DNA of 64,000 nucleotides from Candidatus Bathyarchaeota archaeon (GCA_963767735.1 CAVYES010000002.1:96001-160000), one strand, 5' to 3'. Counted from the first letter of the stretch, positions 51,234-61,100 are shown. Numbers and translations are program-made. The notes: generated from the letters alone by a model not told the origin.

Positions 51234-51299
51234 TTCACCAATATTCAATATCTTATTGGTGAAATATTTAAATATTGTGCATGCGCATCTTGCACAATA
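51234..51299. promoter_or_regulatory. Divergent promoter with three palindromes
   Basis: TTCACCAATA-N10-TATTGGTGAA (51234-51263), AATATTTAAATATT (51263-51276, bidirectional TATA-like), TATTGTGCA-N9-TGCACAATA (51273-51299). Confidence 0.7.
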
Positions 51300-51320
51300 C
51301 AATATGCAACAAGTGAGAAC

Positions 51321-51728
51321 TTGACAGAAAAACAGCAAAACCCACCAATACGCGTAAAAATGAAAATCGGCGACATAGAATTCGAAATCGAAGCTCAACC
51401 AGACCAAATCCAAACCGCCGTAGACAGAATACTCGCCACAGTCACCGAACGACTAAAAAACACAAACCTCGCCCAAGTAGCCGAACGCCCAGCCCCACCA
51501 CCCAGAGCAGAAACATGCAAAGGCATAATCCAAAAACTCTGGGAAGAAAACTGGTTCAGCGAACCAAAAGGCCTAGACGACGTTCACACTGAACTCGCTA
51601 GACGCGGATTCCACTACGACCGCACCGCCGTAGCACACGCACTAGTAGACCTAGTCAAAGACAACATACTCACACGCTTAGGCAAACCACGACGATACCA
51701 ATACGCACAAAAAAGACCCCCAATTTAA
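51321..51728 (+). CDS. Small winged-helix DNA-binding protein
   Basis: N-terminal beta-hairpin (IRVKMKIGDIEFEIE); C-terminal WFSEPKGL..V..EL...G.....AV..AL..LV....L.R......Y.Y wHTH. Confidence 0.75.
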   Translation: MTEKQQNPPIRVKMKIGDIEFEIEAQPDQIQTAVDRILATVTERLKNTNLAQVAERPAPPPRAETCKGIIQKLWEENWFSEPKGLDDVHTELARRGFHYDRTAVAHALVDLVKDNILTRLGKPRRYQYAQKRPPI

Positions 51729-51790
51729 CATTTGCAAAAATCCCGAAGCAGTTGCCAAATTTTAAATAACAATTTTATATAATACAGTTT

Positions 51791-52282
51791 ATGCAAGTCA
51801 CTGATTTAGTGCGTTATAATCACGTTGTTCGTGGATTCTATCTGGATGCTATGGCAAAGTTGCCTTGGGCGGCGGTTGTTGAGCCTAAAGGGTTAAGTTT
51901 TGATTCGATACGTAATGTGTTTTTGCATTTGACGTTTGTTGAAGACAGGTGGATAAACTGCATCATCCCTGGCCATTCCGATGAGTGGGTTGACCTAAGC
52001 TTCGATGATTTCAAAGACATGGACTCATTAAAAAAATACGTGCAGCAAACCGAGATTAAAACTGAAAAGTACTTAGAGAAACTCTCAAACGAAGAATTGA
52101 ACAAACAAATCGTAATTCCCTGGGGAAACAAGCCAGACATGCGCATCAGCATCGAAACGGCTCTTTGCCAAATTGTCACGGAAGACCTGATTCATTATGG
52201 TGAATTATCGGCGCTTTTTTGGCAAATGGGCATCGAGGCACCATACCTTGGCTTTTGGCGCTACAAACATATGCATCCGTAG
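51791..52282 (+). CDS. DinB/YfiT-family protein
   Basis: YN start, SIRNVFLHL, EDLIHYGEL (DinB His pattern). Confidence 0.8.
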   Translation: MQVTDLVRYNHVVRGFYLDAMAKLPWAAVVEPKGLSFDSIRNVFLHLTFVEDRWINCIIPGHSDEWVDLSFDDFKDMDSLKKYVQQTEIKTEKYLEKLSNEELNKQIVIPWGNKPDMRISIETALCQIVTEDLIHYGELSALFWQMGIEAPYLGFWRYKHMHP

Positions 52283-52358
52283 ATTAGCAAAGGTTTATAC
52301 TTTAATTTCTTTATTGTATTCTTGTTTTTTAGGTTTAATTTTGAGTGGAGGTGAAATT

Positions 52359-52799
52359 TTGGCTGATATTGTAGATACTGCGATGGGTTCAGACATGTTT
52401 AAGACGCTTGTAATGGCTGTAAAAACTGCTGGGCTGGTTGATGCGTTAAAGATGCCGGGTCCATTTACGGTTTTTGCGCCCACTGATGAAGCATTCGCTA
52501 AAGTACCTAAAGCTGACCTTGACATTCTTATGAAAGACACCATGAAGTTGAAGGATGTTTTGCTGTTCCATGTGGCTGAAGGAAAAATGATGGCTGCAGA
52601 TTTGGCTAAACACGAGTATCTTAAGGCGCTTCAGGGAGGAGAATTAAGGATAGACGCGAAAACTTGGCATTTGCACAGAAACATGAAAATTAACGGCGCA
52701 AACATCATCAAACCAGACATGGTCGTTGATAATGGAGTCATCCATGCCATAGACAAAGTGTTAATGCCCAAGATGGCAATGATGAATCCAAAAATGTAG
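52359..52799 (+). CDS. Fasciclin (FAS1) domain protein
   Basis: DIVDTA, GPFTVFAPTDEAF, NGVIHAIDKVLMP; TTG start after GGAGGTGA. Confidence 0.92.
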   Translation: MADIVDTAMGSDMFKTLVMAVKTAGLVDALKMPGPFTVFAPTDEAFAKVPKADLDILMKDTMKLKDVLLFHVAEGKMMAADLAKHEYLKALQGGELRIDAKTWHLHRNMKINGANIIKPDMVVDNGVIHAIDKVLMPKMAMMNPKM

Positions 52800-52841
52800 A
52801 TAAAGCCTGTAATTTAATAGGAATCTCTATTTTTTTTAAAA

Positions 52842-53027
52842 TTGACGCAAAAAAAGAAAGTGAAATTTGGGGCTTATTTGCTGGTTTTCGGGCTTGGTTT
52901 TGCGCTTGCTTTAGGCTTTGCCGTTGCTTTAACCGGTTTCATTGGTTCGCCACAACACATTATCTCTGTTGTTTCGCAACCGCATGGTTCTTCAACTAAG
53001 ATTACTAGCCCACAATCTTCACAGTGA
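52842..53027 (+). CDS. Small single-TM hypothetical protein
   Basis: Basic N-terminus followed by a hydrophobic helix. Confidence 0.45.
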   Translation: MTQKKKVKFGAYLLVFGLGFALALGFAVALTGFIGSPQHIISVVSQPHGSSTKITSPQSSQ

Positions 53028-53162
53028 TATTTGTCGCCTTTTTTATTTGCCAAAAATTAACACTTCCTTAAAATTTCGCTATATTATAATGTAATGAACA
53101 TTCTAATAAAAATATCCAAATTAATTCGAAGCGTCAACGCATTTGATGCCGAGGAAAAGAAC

Positions 53163-53603
53163 CTAGGAGGTTAAGCAGTTTTTTTTAATTTGTTGTTCCA
53201 TCTTCCTTGCTACATGGTCAAGTTTCGCTCTTTCAACCTCTTTTAGGCTGTTGAAATTTGGCAGTTTCTGTCCTTCAAATCTGGGAACTACATGCACATG
53301 GATGTGAAAAATGTCTTGTCCAGCTGCCCTGCCGTTTTGCTGAATAATGGTGATGCCGTCGCTGTTTGTAACTTTTTTAACTGCTGTAGAAACTTGTTTA
53401 GTCACCTTGTAAATTTGGCTAAGCACCTCTTCGGGAATATCAAAAATATCGACGTAGTGCTCTTTTGGAATAATAAGGGTGTGCCCCTCGTTTAAAGGCC
53501 GTATATCCATGAAAGCCATCACCGTTTCATCCTCGTAAACGATGCTTGCCGTGGCTTGTTTTCTTACTATTTTGCAGAATATGCAGGATTCGTCAAAGCT
53601 CAA
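53163..53603 (-). CDS. HIT-family nucleotide hydrolase
   Basis: CIFCKI, GHTLIIPKEH, AGQDIFHIHVHVVPR. Confidence 0.95.
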   Translation of the reverse strand: MSFDESCIFCKIVRKQATASIVYEDETVMAFMDIRPLNEGHTLIIPKEHYVDIFDIPEEVLSQIYKVTKQVSTAVKKVTNSDGITIIQQNGRAAGQDIFHIHVHVVPRFEGQKLPNFNSLKEVERAKLDHVARKMEQQIKKNCLTS

Positions 53604-53697
53604 ATCAAAGTCACCTTTGAAGGAATTAACATGTTTGCAATCAGTTTATATGTTAAGGCAACTTCATATTTATTTCACTGACCAGAGGGTTAAAAAA

Positions 53698-53985
53698 ATG
53701 ACTGAGTTAGAAGATAAAGTACGCGTAGAAGTAGGCAAAGTGCAAGACCCAGAAACAGGACAAACATTTGAAGAAATGCAGATGATCCAAAGCGTAAAAG
53801 AAACTGAGCCCGGCACAGTCACAGTAGAATTCGTCCCCACCAGCCCATTCTGCCCCATAGCCTTCAAACTCGCCGCAGACATCAAAACCGCAGCAAAATC
53901 AGTTCCAGGCATAAAAAAAGCGGTAGTTTACTGCCGCGGCCACGCGATGGAACAGCAAATCAACGAAATGACCAACAAACAATAA
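53698..53985 (+). CDS. DUF59/MIP18 (SufT-like) Fe-S assembly protein
   Basis: VQDPETG, PTSPFCPIA. Confidence 0.88.
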   Translation: MTELEDKVRVEVGKVQDPETGQTFEEMQMIQSVKETEPGTVTVEFVPTSPFCPIAFKLAADIKTAAKSVPGIKKAVVYCRGHAMEQQINEMTNKQ

Positions 53986-54044
53986 AGCTAATTTTCCACT
54001 GTTCTTTTTTCAATTCAAATTGAACAAGTAAAAAAAAATTGGGG

Positions 54045-54338
54045 TTATCTGATGAATCCGCAGTTTCTACTGTGCGATTCTTCGCCGTCTGTGGAATCGT
54101 TGTAGTCTCTAAAGCCTGTGTGTAGCTTTGCTCGAATTTCAACGCGTATTCTTGAAACATTTTTTGCATAACGTTTTATCATCATGAAAATGTTGTTGAA
54201 GTTCATTTGCCTGGCAATCGCCAAGAAAGCAACTATGCCCATTGACGCCAACAAAACGGTTAGTGGACTAACTGTAGCTGCCAACAAACCTACTGCGGCA
54301 ACTAAGGCAACATAAATTATGCTTCTTAACCTTCGCAT
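54045..54338 (-). CDS. Hypothetical two-TM protein
   Basis: MRRLRSII followed by two hydrophobic segments. Confidence 0.5.
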   Translation of the reverse strand: MRRLRSIIYVALVAAVGLLAATVSPLTVLLASMGIVAFLAIARQMNFNNIFMMIKRYAKNVSRIRVEIRAKLHTGFRDYNDSTDGEESHSRNCGFIR

Positions 54339-54490
54339 ACTTGTCACCAATAATTGTATAGGATACAAGTTGCTTAAAGGCTTTTTTACGGATCAAAAAT
54401 CCCGCTTTCCCTCACGTTTAAAAAAAATAACCGAAAAACGGCTTACCCTAAGCTTTGCCATGAATTATGCGGTGTTTACGGGGCGACTTA

Positions 54491-55267
54491 CTACTTCATT
54501 TTGGTAAAAGCCCAGGTGCCTACCACGATCATTATGCCATCGAACAACGCGATAACTCCAATGTCAACCCACAAAGACTGAACCTGAAGAGGTGCCCATG
54601 AATTTCCCAGCATGACATGACGTAGTGCGTCGACACCGTAAGTTAACGGGTTCCACGCAGCCACATCGGTTAACCAAGCTGGAAGGCCTCCCCCTTTAAG
54701 CGGGAACAATGCGCCGCTTAGAAAGAACAGGGGCAGGTTAACGAACGTTTGGATTGCACCGAAGCCTTCAAGGTTACTCATGAAACTTGCAATCGTTAAT
54801 CCAATGCTTACTAAGCCAAAGGAGACAAGCATCAAAATGGGCAGCGCGTACAGAAGAGTAATTGGATTCAGTGGGATGCCTATAGTTAAGCCGATAACAA
54901 ACACTATTATGCCCTGCAAGAAAGCGTCTGTGCTGTCACCAACCATTTTTCCGAGAAAAATTGTAAATCTAGAAACTGGTGAAACAAGGATTTCTTTCAT
55001 GAAACCGAATTCTTTGTCCCAAATGACGTTTATACCCATGAACATGGCGGTGAAAAGAATAGTTTGACCAATTATTCCAGGAAGAAGAAACTGCCTAAAA
55101 TCCAGGTCCGCTGGCAACGATCCTATAAACCGCGTAGCAAAGGCAGCGGCGAAAATGATAAGCCACAGTATAGGCTGAACGAAACTGGTAACCAGCCGCG
55201 TCCTATCCCTGATGAACCGCTTGATTTCTCTAAGCCAGAGACTATAGAAGCCTCGGCGCTCGCTCAT
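54491..55267 (-). CDS. ABC-2 permease (DrrB-like)
   Basis: WDKEFGFMKEILVSP, PLFFLSGALFP, NPLTYGVDALR. Confidence 0.92.
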   Translation of the reverse strand: MSERRGFYSLWLREIKRFIRDRTRLVTSFVQPILWLIIFAAAFATRFIGSLPADLDFRQFLLPGIIGQTILFTAMFMGINVIWDKEFGFMKEILVSPVSRFTIFLGKMVGDSTDAFLQGIIVFVIGLTIGIPLNPITLLYALPILMLVSFGLVSIGLTIASFMSNLEGFGAIQTFVNLPLFFLSGALFPLKGGGLPAWLTDVAAWNPLTYGVDALRHVMLGNSWAPLQVQSLWVDIGVIALFDGIMIVVGTWAFTKMK

Positions 55268-56253
55268 CTTATTTGCCTCCTGCGGGCTGCGGCTATACCG
55301 TGCAGTTCTTTGGTTGTGTCTTCCCGAATATTTCTGCCAGTATAATGTAGAAAAACGTCTTCGAGGTTTGGTTCACGCAAAAGCACGGATTCTACATAGA
55401 TATTGTTTTGGGTTGCTAACTCCATGATTCTGGGCATCACGACTTTTCCATTGCGGACAGTTACTTCAAGCGCGCCGTCAACAATCTGTTTTTGGTTGAA
55501 GCCCAACGATTTAGTTACAAGCTCGGATAAAGCGTCAATGTTGTTTGCTCTGATAACCACAACGTCTCCTTCAAGCGTCTCCTTAAGCTTGGACGGCGAA
55601 TCTAAGATTACAATTTTGCCATAGTCCATGATGGCTATGCGATCTGAAAGCCTGTCCGCCTCGTCCATGTAATGAGTGGTTAAAACCACTGTTATGTCAT
55701 GTGACTTTTTTAAGTCGTGGATGTACTTCCAAATGTGGTCTCTTGTTTGCGGGTCCAATCCAACTGTGGGCTCATCTAAGAAAAGCACTTTGGGATAATG
55801 AATTAAACCGCGACCCAACTCGAGCCTACGCCGCATACCACCCGAGTACGTGCGCAGTAAACTATCTGCTCTATCTTCTAATTCAACAAGCTTAAGAATG
55901 CGGTCTACACGTTCTTTCTGTTCTGATGCTGGAACTCCATATAAGTTAGCGTGCATGTAGAGGTTTTCTCGACCAGTTAGCCTGTCGTCGATGCTTGGAT
56001 CTTGAAAAACGATGCCGATTGATTTGCGCACTTTGTTCGCTTCTTTAACAATGTCATAGCCGTTGACTGTTGCAGTCCCAGATGATGGCTTAAGAATCGT
56101 GCAAAGCATCGATATAACAGTGGTTTTTCCAGCACCGTTGGGTCCAAGTAACCCAAAAATTTCGCCTGGTTCAACTGTTATGTCTAATTTATCAACCGCC
56201 TTCAGTGAACCATAGGATTTTGTTAATTGATGAGTTTCAATGACATGAGTCAT
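55264..56253 (-). CDS. ABC-2 ATPase (DrrA-like)
   Basis: GPNGAGKTT, YSGGMRRRLE, DEPTVGLDPQ; start at MTHVIE. Confidence 0.93.
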   Translation of the reverse strand: MTHVIETHQLTKSYGSLKAVDKLDITVEPGEIFGLLGPNGAGKTTVISMLCTILKPSSGTATVNGYDIVKEANKVRKSIGIVFQDPSIDDRLTGRENLYMHANLYGVPASEQKERVDRILKLVELEDRADSLLRTYSGGMRRRLELGRGLIHYPKVLFLDEPTVGLDPQTRDHIWKYIHDLKKSHDITVVLTTHYMDEADRLSDRIAIMDYGKIVILDSPSKLKETLEGDVVVIRANNIDALSELVTKSLGFNQKQIVDGALEVTVRNGKVVMPRIMELATQNNIYVESVLLREPNLEDVFLHYTGRNIREDTTKELHGIAAARRRQIR

Positions 56254-56436
56254 TTTTCGATTTCTCTTCCAGCAATTCAGATGCAAGGCAGATTTAAGGT
56301 TATTTGTGATTCTTCCCGTTTTTTTCTTTATTTTTTGACCGCCATCATCTGGGAGACGCTTACAATTGTGCAAGAGATTACGCATTAGCCTTAAATAGAG
56401 AGGCTTTTCTATTTGCAGTTGGCGGCGCTGTTAAGC

Positions 56437-57210
56437 ATGTACTCTCAATATGCGGTTGAGCTCAAAAATGTGACAAAACGCTACAACGAAATAGTGGCGG
56501 TAAAGAATTTTAATCTAACAATAAGTACAGGTGAAATTTTCGGGCTTTTGGGGCCCAACGGTTCTGGAAAATCAACTACACTTAAAATGCTGCTTGGTTT
56601 AGTTACACCTGATGAGGGAAGCGTTAACGTGCTGGGATTAGATGCGTTAAAGCAGCCTGTGGAGGTTAAGCGCCTCGTGGGGTACGTTCCTGAATCAGCT
56701 AACCTTTACGAGTTTCTAACTGGAATAGAATACTTGGATTTCATAGCAGACATCTACGGTGTCCCGACAGAAGAGAAGAAACAGCGGATAACCGAGTACC
56801 TTAAAGCGCTGCAGCTTGAAGGCAGAGAAGGCGACATGATAAACAGTTACTCGGACGGCATGAAAAAGAAAATTAGCCTTATCTCAGCGTTTATTCACAA
56901 GCCCAAGCTTCTGATTCTTGATGAGCCGCTAAACGCATTGGATCCTCGTTCCGCAAGAATAGTTAAGGAATTTCTATATGAACTAAAAAACCAGGGCGTA
57001 ACCACCATAATGTCAACCCATGTGCTTGAAATAGCCGAGGCGATTTGTGATCGAATTGGCATAATGTATCAAGGGCAACTTTTAGCATTGGGCAACATGG
57101 ATGAACTGAGAAAAACAGCCCGCATGCCAGGCTCAGATTTAGAGGATGTTTTCCTTAAGTTGACTGGTACTGAAGATTTGAGAGCTGTCGTTGAGGAACT
57201 AATGAAATGA
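56437..57210 (+). CDS. ABC ATPase
   Basis: GPNGSGKST, YSDGMKKK, LILDEP. Confidence 0.92.
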   Translation: MYSQYAVELKNVTKRYNEIVAVKNFNLTISTGEIFGLLGPNGSGKSTTLKMLLGLVTPDEGSVNVLGLDALKQPVEVKRLVGYVPESANLYEFLTGIEYLDFIADIYGVPTEEKKQRITEYLKALQLEGREGDMINSYSDGMKKKISLISAFIHKPKLLILDEPLNALDPRSARIVKEFLYELKNQGVTTIMSTHVLEIAEAICDRIGIMYQGQLLALGNMDELRKTARMPGSDLEDVFLKLTGTEDLRAVVEELMK

Positions 57211-58883
57211 ACTGGAAAAACGTCCTCTACCTGCTTCAGGTTGAACGCAAATCTGGCAGGTTAATTAGGGGAATTAAAGCCACCCATTACAGGGAAAACA
57301 GTTTCATTGCCTATTGGCCCTATTGGGTAGCGGCAATTCTAGGCGTTATTGGCGGTCTGGGGGCGTCATTAATTGTGTCAGCAACTTATTCAAGCGGAGC
57401 AGTTAAAGGCTTACCGCCTTTGAATGTCACGGCACTTAGCTTTTTCTCTGTGTTACCGACTCTTGTTTTAGGTATCAGCATAGTGTTTACGTTTTTCCAG
57501 CAAATACAGTTAGCAGGAAAAGCTTCTAGCCAAGTGATGTATTGGCTGCCAGTAACTTGGGAAGAGCACACTTTGGCTTCAATATTGGCTAGCTTGTCAG
57601 GGTGGCCCGCTGCCGTTGTTGTGGGCTTAAGCTCTGGGCTGATTGCCTTTTCGGCTTTGAACGGACTAATTCTTCAAGCGCTACTGACAATTCTCATTCT
57701 GATTGCAGCCGCTTTCTTAGCTAGCTCGATAACAGAAATTGTAAGAGTTATACAAGTGCGTTTCACAGGCGCCGTCTACAAATCAAGCGGAAGAGCAGCC
57801 ATATGGTTGCGACTCGTAGGCTCGCTACTGATTATCGCAATATTCTACATCATCTATTTCTACGTGATCTCTGGAGCTAACACTATAATCACAGGCTTAT
57901 CTGCCGCGCAGAACAGAGCGTGGTATGTGCCTTTTGTTTGGCTGCCCCTGATACTGTCATACGTTACCAAAGGTTTGTTCTTGCAGAGTCTCCTGTTCGC
58001 TGCTTTATCCGCCGCCCTCATCGCTGGGCTGTATTACCTTGCCGTCGACCTCAACAAGCGCTTCGGACTTTACGAACCACCAGCAATAACGGTTCAAAAA
58101 AGCGGCTTTTATTCCCCAAAAACTGGAATTCTAGGTAAGCTCGGCTTCTCCACTGCTGAAGCAGCTTTAATTCGAAAGGATCTAAGGGCGTTTACTAGGC
58201 GCCGGGAGCTGTTAGGCACATACTTTATGCCTATTATCATAGTTATAATTTCAATTTTCTACTCATTGGGCATAAACAGTGGCTCATCCGGATCCTCAAC
58301 CATTTCAATTTGGTCTGGCGTCATTTTTCTGGTGCCTGCCAGCGGCATGGCTTCGCTGTTAGGGCAAGTTTTGATTGGCGAGGAAGGGCAAGTAATGTGG
58401 CGAATTTACGCCTCTCCAATTTCAGCCAAGAACTTGGTAAAAAGCAAGTTTTTCTTAACTATAATCTTTTCAGTCATTATTTTACTGATAACGGGGTTCA
58501 TAGGCATAGTAGTTTTCCATCCAAGCCTACGAAAGACGGTTATAGCCATGGTCGAAGCTCTCTTAATTGCAGTGGCGGTGGCGTCGGTTTCGCTGCAAAT
58601 CGGTTTTAGAGGCCCAGACTTTTCAGGAACAAGAAGAGCAAGAATGATTCGTCAGGAATGGTCACTGATAGGCACAGTTGCTTCCGCTCTTACAGGAGCA
58701 GCAGTTTTTGCACCAGTGTTTGCACAATACGGATTAGCCCTACTTTCCGGCACATCCGTCAGCACATTAAACTACACAATCGGCGTACTCATAAGCGCTG
58801 CAATTTCCATAGCAATCACCGCAATCTTCTATCAGGCAAACCTCGCCAGTGCACGAGAACTATTGAGAAAAGCCGAAGTTTAA
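57207..58883 (+). CDS. ABC-2-type multi-pass permease
   Basis: About 12-14 TM helices, WLPV and ASPIS motifs; coupled to the ATPase. Confidence 0.8.
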   Translation: MNWKNVLYLLQVERKSGRLIRGIKATHYRENSFIAYWPYWVAAILGVIGGLGASLIVSATYSSGAVKGLPPLNVTALSFFSVLPTLVLGISIVFTFFQQIQLAGKASSQVMYWLPVTWEEHTLASILASLSGWPAAVVVGLSSGLIAFSALNGLILQALLTILILIAAAFLASSITEIVRVIQVRFTGAVYKSSGRAAIWLRLVGSLLIIAIFYIIYFYVISGANTIITGLSAAQNRAWYVPFVWLPLILSYVTKGLFLQSLLFAALSAALIAGLYYLAVDLNKRFGLYEPPAITVQKSGFYSPKTGILGKLGFSTAEAALIRKDLRAFTRRRELLGTYFMPIIIVIISIFYSLGINSGSSGSSTISIWSGVIFLVPASGMASLLGQVLIGEEGQVMWRIYASPISAKNLVKSKFFLTIIFSVIILLITGFIGIVVFHPSLRKTVIAMVEALLIAVAVASVSLQIGFRGPDFSGTRRARMIRQEWSLIGTVASALTGAAVFAPVFAQYGLALLSGTSVSTLNYTIGVLISAAISIAITAIFYQANLASARELLRKAEV

Positions 58884-58915
58884 GCGCCCTGCATTCCCTC
58901 AAGTTCAAAAGAAAG

Positions 58916-59448
58916 ATGAGAACCTTCCAAAGCGTTCGGACAAAAGGAAAAGGTAAGCCTTGGCAGTTTGAAAATGCCTACGGGACTTCGTCTTTGCGAT
59001 CTATTCTGCACATTCAGGCTTTGATTGATGATTTTCAAGTTGACATGGCTAAAATCATGAAGATTTACACCAAGCCCATGCTTGTGCTCCAATGCGGCGT
59101 TTATGAAACACAACTGTTCTCATTGATTTTGCGTGGTGATTTTCCTGACAGCTCGATTATTCTAGATAAGATTCCTAAGATTAAATGGAGGCCGATTTGG
59201 GAGCCGCCTACAGACGTTAAAATGATCGTGTTATCGACCTCTAAAATAACATGATGACGGGCGACCTGGAAGCGCGTGCCGAACTTGGCATGCCGGAAAC
59301 CATTAAAGGCAACTTAAAGGCGCAGCCCACGCAACCGCAAGAACCTGTGCAGACTCAGCAGTCTTCCGCTGACCGTCTTAACATACTGCAAGAACCACAA
59401 ACCCAAAAGGCATGCGCTCAGAAAGTGGGAGGCAAGAATGAGCGATGA
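58916..59448 (+). pseudogene. Degraded viral portal protein (internally deleted and frameshifted)
   Basis: NAYGTSSLRSIL, IPKIKWRPIWEP and, in the next frame, LEARAELGMPE resemble the YGxS, PxxxWxP and EARxxLG segments of Caudoviricetes portals. Confidence 0.55.
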
Positions 59449-59510
59449 CGCTGGTTATCGTGTATCGTTAATAGAAAAGAAGAAAACGCGCAGCGCGCGT
59501 CTAATTGAAA

Positions 59511-60734
59511 TCAGGGGGAGTTAGCGTCGATTTTTTCGACTTTTTTCCTACCAATTGAAACGGCATATAAGGTCACAACTACCATTGCTGCAGCCATTAA
59601 AACGAGCGCTATACTGCTGAATTCAGGTACTGTTGGGGATGGGGAAGCAGTCACAGTTGAGGTTGCTGAGGGGGACGAAGTTGGAGTTGCAGTAGCAGAC
59701 GAACTAGATATTACTGAGACTGTGCTGTCGCCAGCATTAGTCACGAATATCTCGCCCTTGCCAGAATCATAAGCCACGCCAAAGGCACCTCCTCCCACAG
59801 TCACGGTTGAAACCACAGCATTGGTGCTGTCAGATATAACTGAGACCGTTCCGTCGACTGTGTTGGCTACGAAGATCTGGCCCGTGCTAGAGTCATAAGC
59901 TAAGTCTTCTGGAGTGTTTCCCACAGGCACGGTTGCAACCACCGCGTTGGTGGTGTCCGATATAACCGTGACATTGTTTACGCCAGCATGGGTTACGAAT
60001 ATTTCGCCTTTTCCAGAATCATAAGCTACACCAAAAGCAACGCCTGCTTGTGGGGGGAATTCCGTGGTTATATTTGCAACTACGGCATTGGTGCTGTCAG
60101 ATATAACATCGACCGCGTCATAACCTTGAATGGCCACGTATATATCGCCTGTGCCGGAATCATAAGCCACGCCCTGTGGCCAGTCATCAATTGTTCCTTC
60201 CGTCTGTACGGGTATGGTGGCAACCACAGTATTGGTGTTGTCCGATATGACCGACATGTCAGGGGGGGTGTCGCCCGTATTGGACACGAATATCTCACCT
60301 TTGCTGGGATCATAAGCTATGCCTCCGGGATCGGTTCCCACGGTTATGTTTGCAACCACCGTATTGGTGCTGTCTGATATAACCGAGACTGTGCCGAGTG
60401 TCGTTTGGGCGTTACCATTGGCTACGAATATCTCGCCTTTGACAGAATCATAAGCTAAAGCATAGGGGGCGTATCTCATGGGCACGGTTGCAATCACAGC
60501 GTTAGTCTTGTCAGATATAACCGAGACCGTGTCGGAGCCCGCATTAGTTACGAATACTTCGCCTTTGCCAGAATCATAAACTGCGCCATAATCATAAGGA
60601 TTATCAGTGCCTGCGGTACCCACTGGTATCGTGGCGATTACAGAGAGACCATAGACCGAATGGGCAATTGACAAAGCAAAAACTGCAATGAGTATTAAAC
60701 TTAAAAGTTTCCAAACTTTAGCTTTCATAAACAT
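59511..60734 (-). CDS. YncE/YVTN beta-propeller surface protein with PEF-CTERM-like sorting signal
   Basis: Seven AYDSGKGEIFVTN...VSVISD.TN.VVAT repeats; S/T/P linker; VPEF + TM + RKK. Confidence 0.9.
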   Translation of the reverse strand: MFMKAKVWKLLSLILIAVFALSIAHSVYGLSVIATIPVGTAGTDNPYDYGAVYDSGKGEVFVTNAGSDTVSVISDKTNAVIATVPMRYAPYALAYDSVKGEIFVANGNAQTTLGTVSVISDSTNTVVANITVGTDPGGIAYDPSKGEIFVSNTGDTPPDMSVISDNTNTVVATIPVQTEGTIDDWPQGVAYDSGTGDIYVAIQGYDAVDVISDSTNAVVANITTEFPPQAGVAFGVAYDSGKGEIFVTHAGVNNVTVISDTTNAVVATVPVGNTPEDLAYDSSTGQIFVANTVDGTVSVISDSTNAVVSTVTVGGGAFGVAYDSGKGEIFVTNAGDSTVSVISSSSATATPTSSPSATSTVTASPSPTVPEFSSIALVLMAAAMVVVTLYAVSIGRKKVEKIDANSP

Positions 60735-60895
60735 TCCTCAACTTTGAGTTCTAAATCAAGCATGTTTAACATAAATTGTCTATTCATGCATAATTCCCTT
60801 CATAAAAGGTCAAGTATTCTCTGATGAAGTTAAAAGCTTTTGCATGGTCTCTCTTGCATCATGTTTAACTAATTTGTGGCCCTGCTGAAGATTAG

Positions 60896-61081
60896 TTAAA
60901 AATAATTCGTCCTGAAAAAAACGATGATTTTGGCGGCAACACTTACGAGCTTGAGGATACCGATGATTTACTGGATATTTTCTCATACGGGGTATTTGTC
61001 GCAGAGGACACTTTCGCTTGTAACGTTCACCCGAATTGCGCATGTTACAGTGTTAAGCAATCAGATTATCAAAAAAGTTAG
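60896..61081 (+). pseudogene. Fragment of a viral head morphogenesis (Mu gpF/SPP1 gp7-like) protein
   Basis: Startless open frame ...DDFGGNTYELEDTDDLLDIFSYGVFVAEDTFACNVHPNCACYSV*; contains the HPNCxC motif. Confidence 0.6.
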
Positions 61082-61100
61082 AGAAAAGCGGTAGCGTGTT

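Noticed and set aside
58658-58915. N-terminal part of the 198-aa ORF 58658-59254
   Set aside because: Out-of-frame overlap with the ABC permease; only the part after about 58916 looks like real (portal-like) coding sequence.
59700-60600. Periodic DNA repeats as CRISPR or a non-coding tandem array
   Set aside because: They are the in-frame YVTN blades of the 59511-60734 CDS.
60810-61043. 77-aa minus-strand ORF
   Set aside because: The opposite strand carries the HPNCxC viral fragment, which explains the region better.
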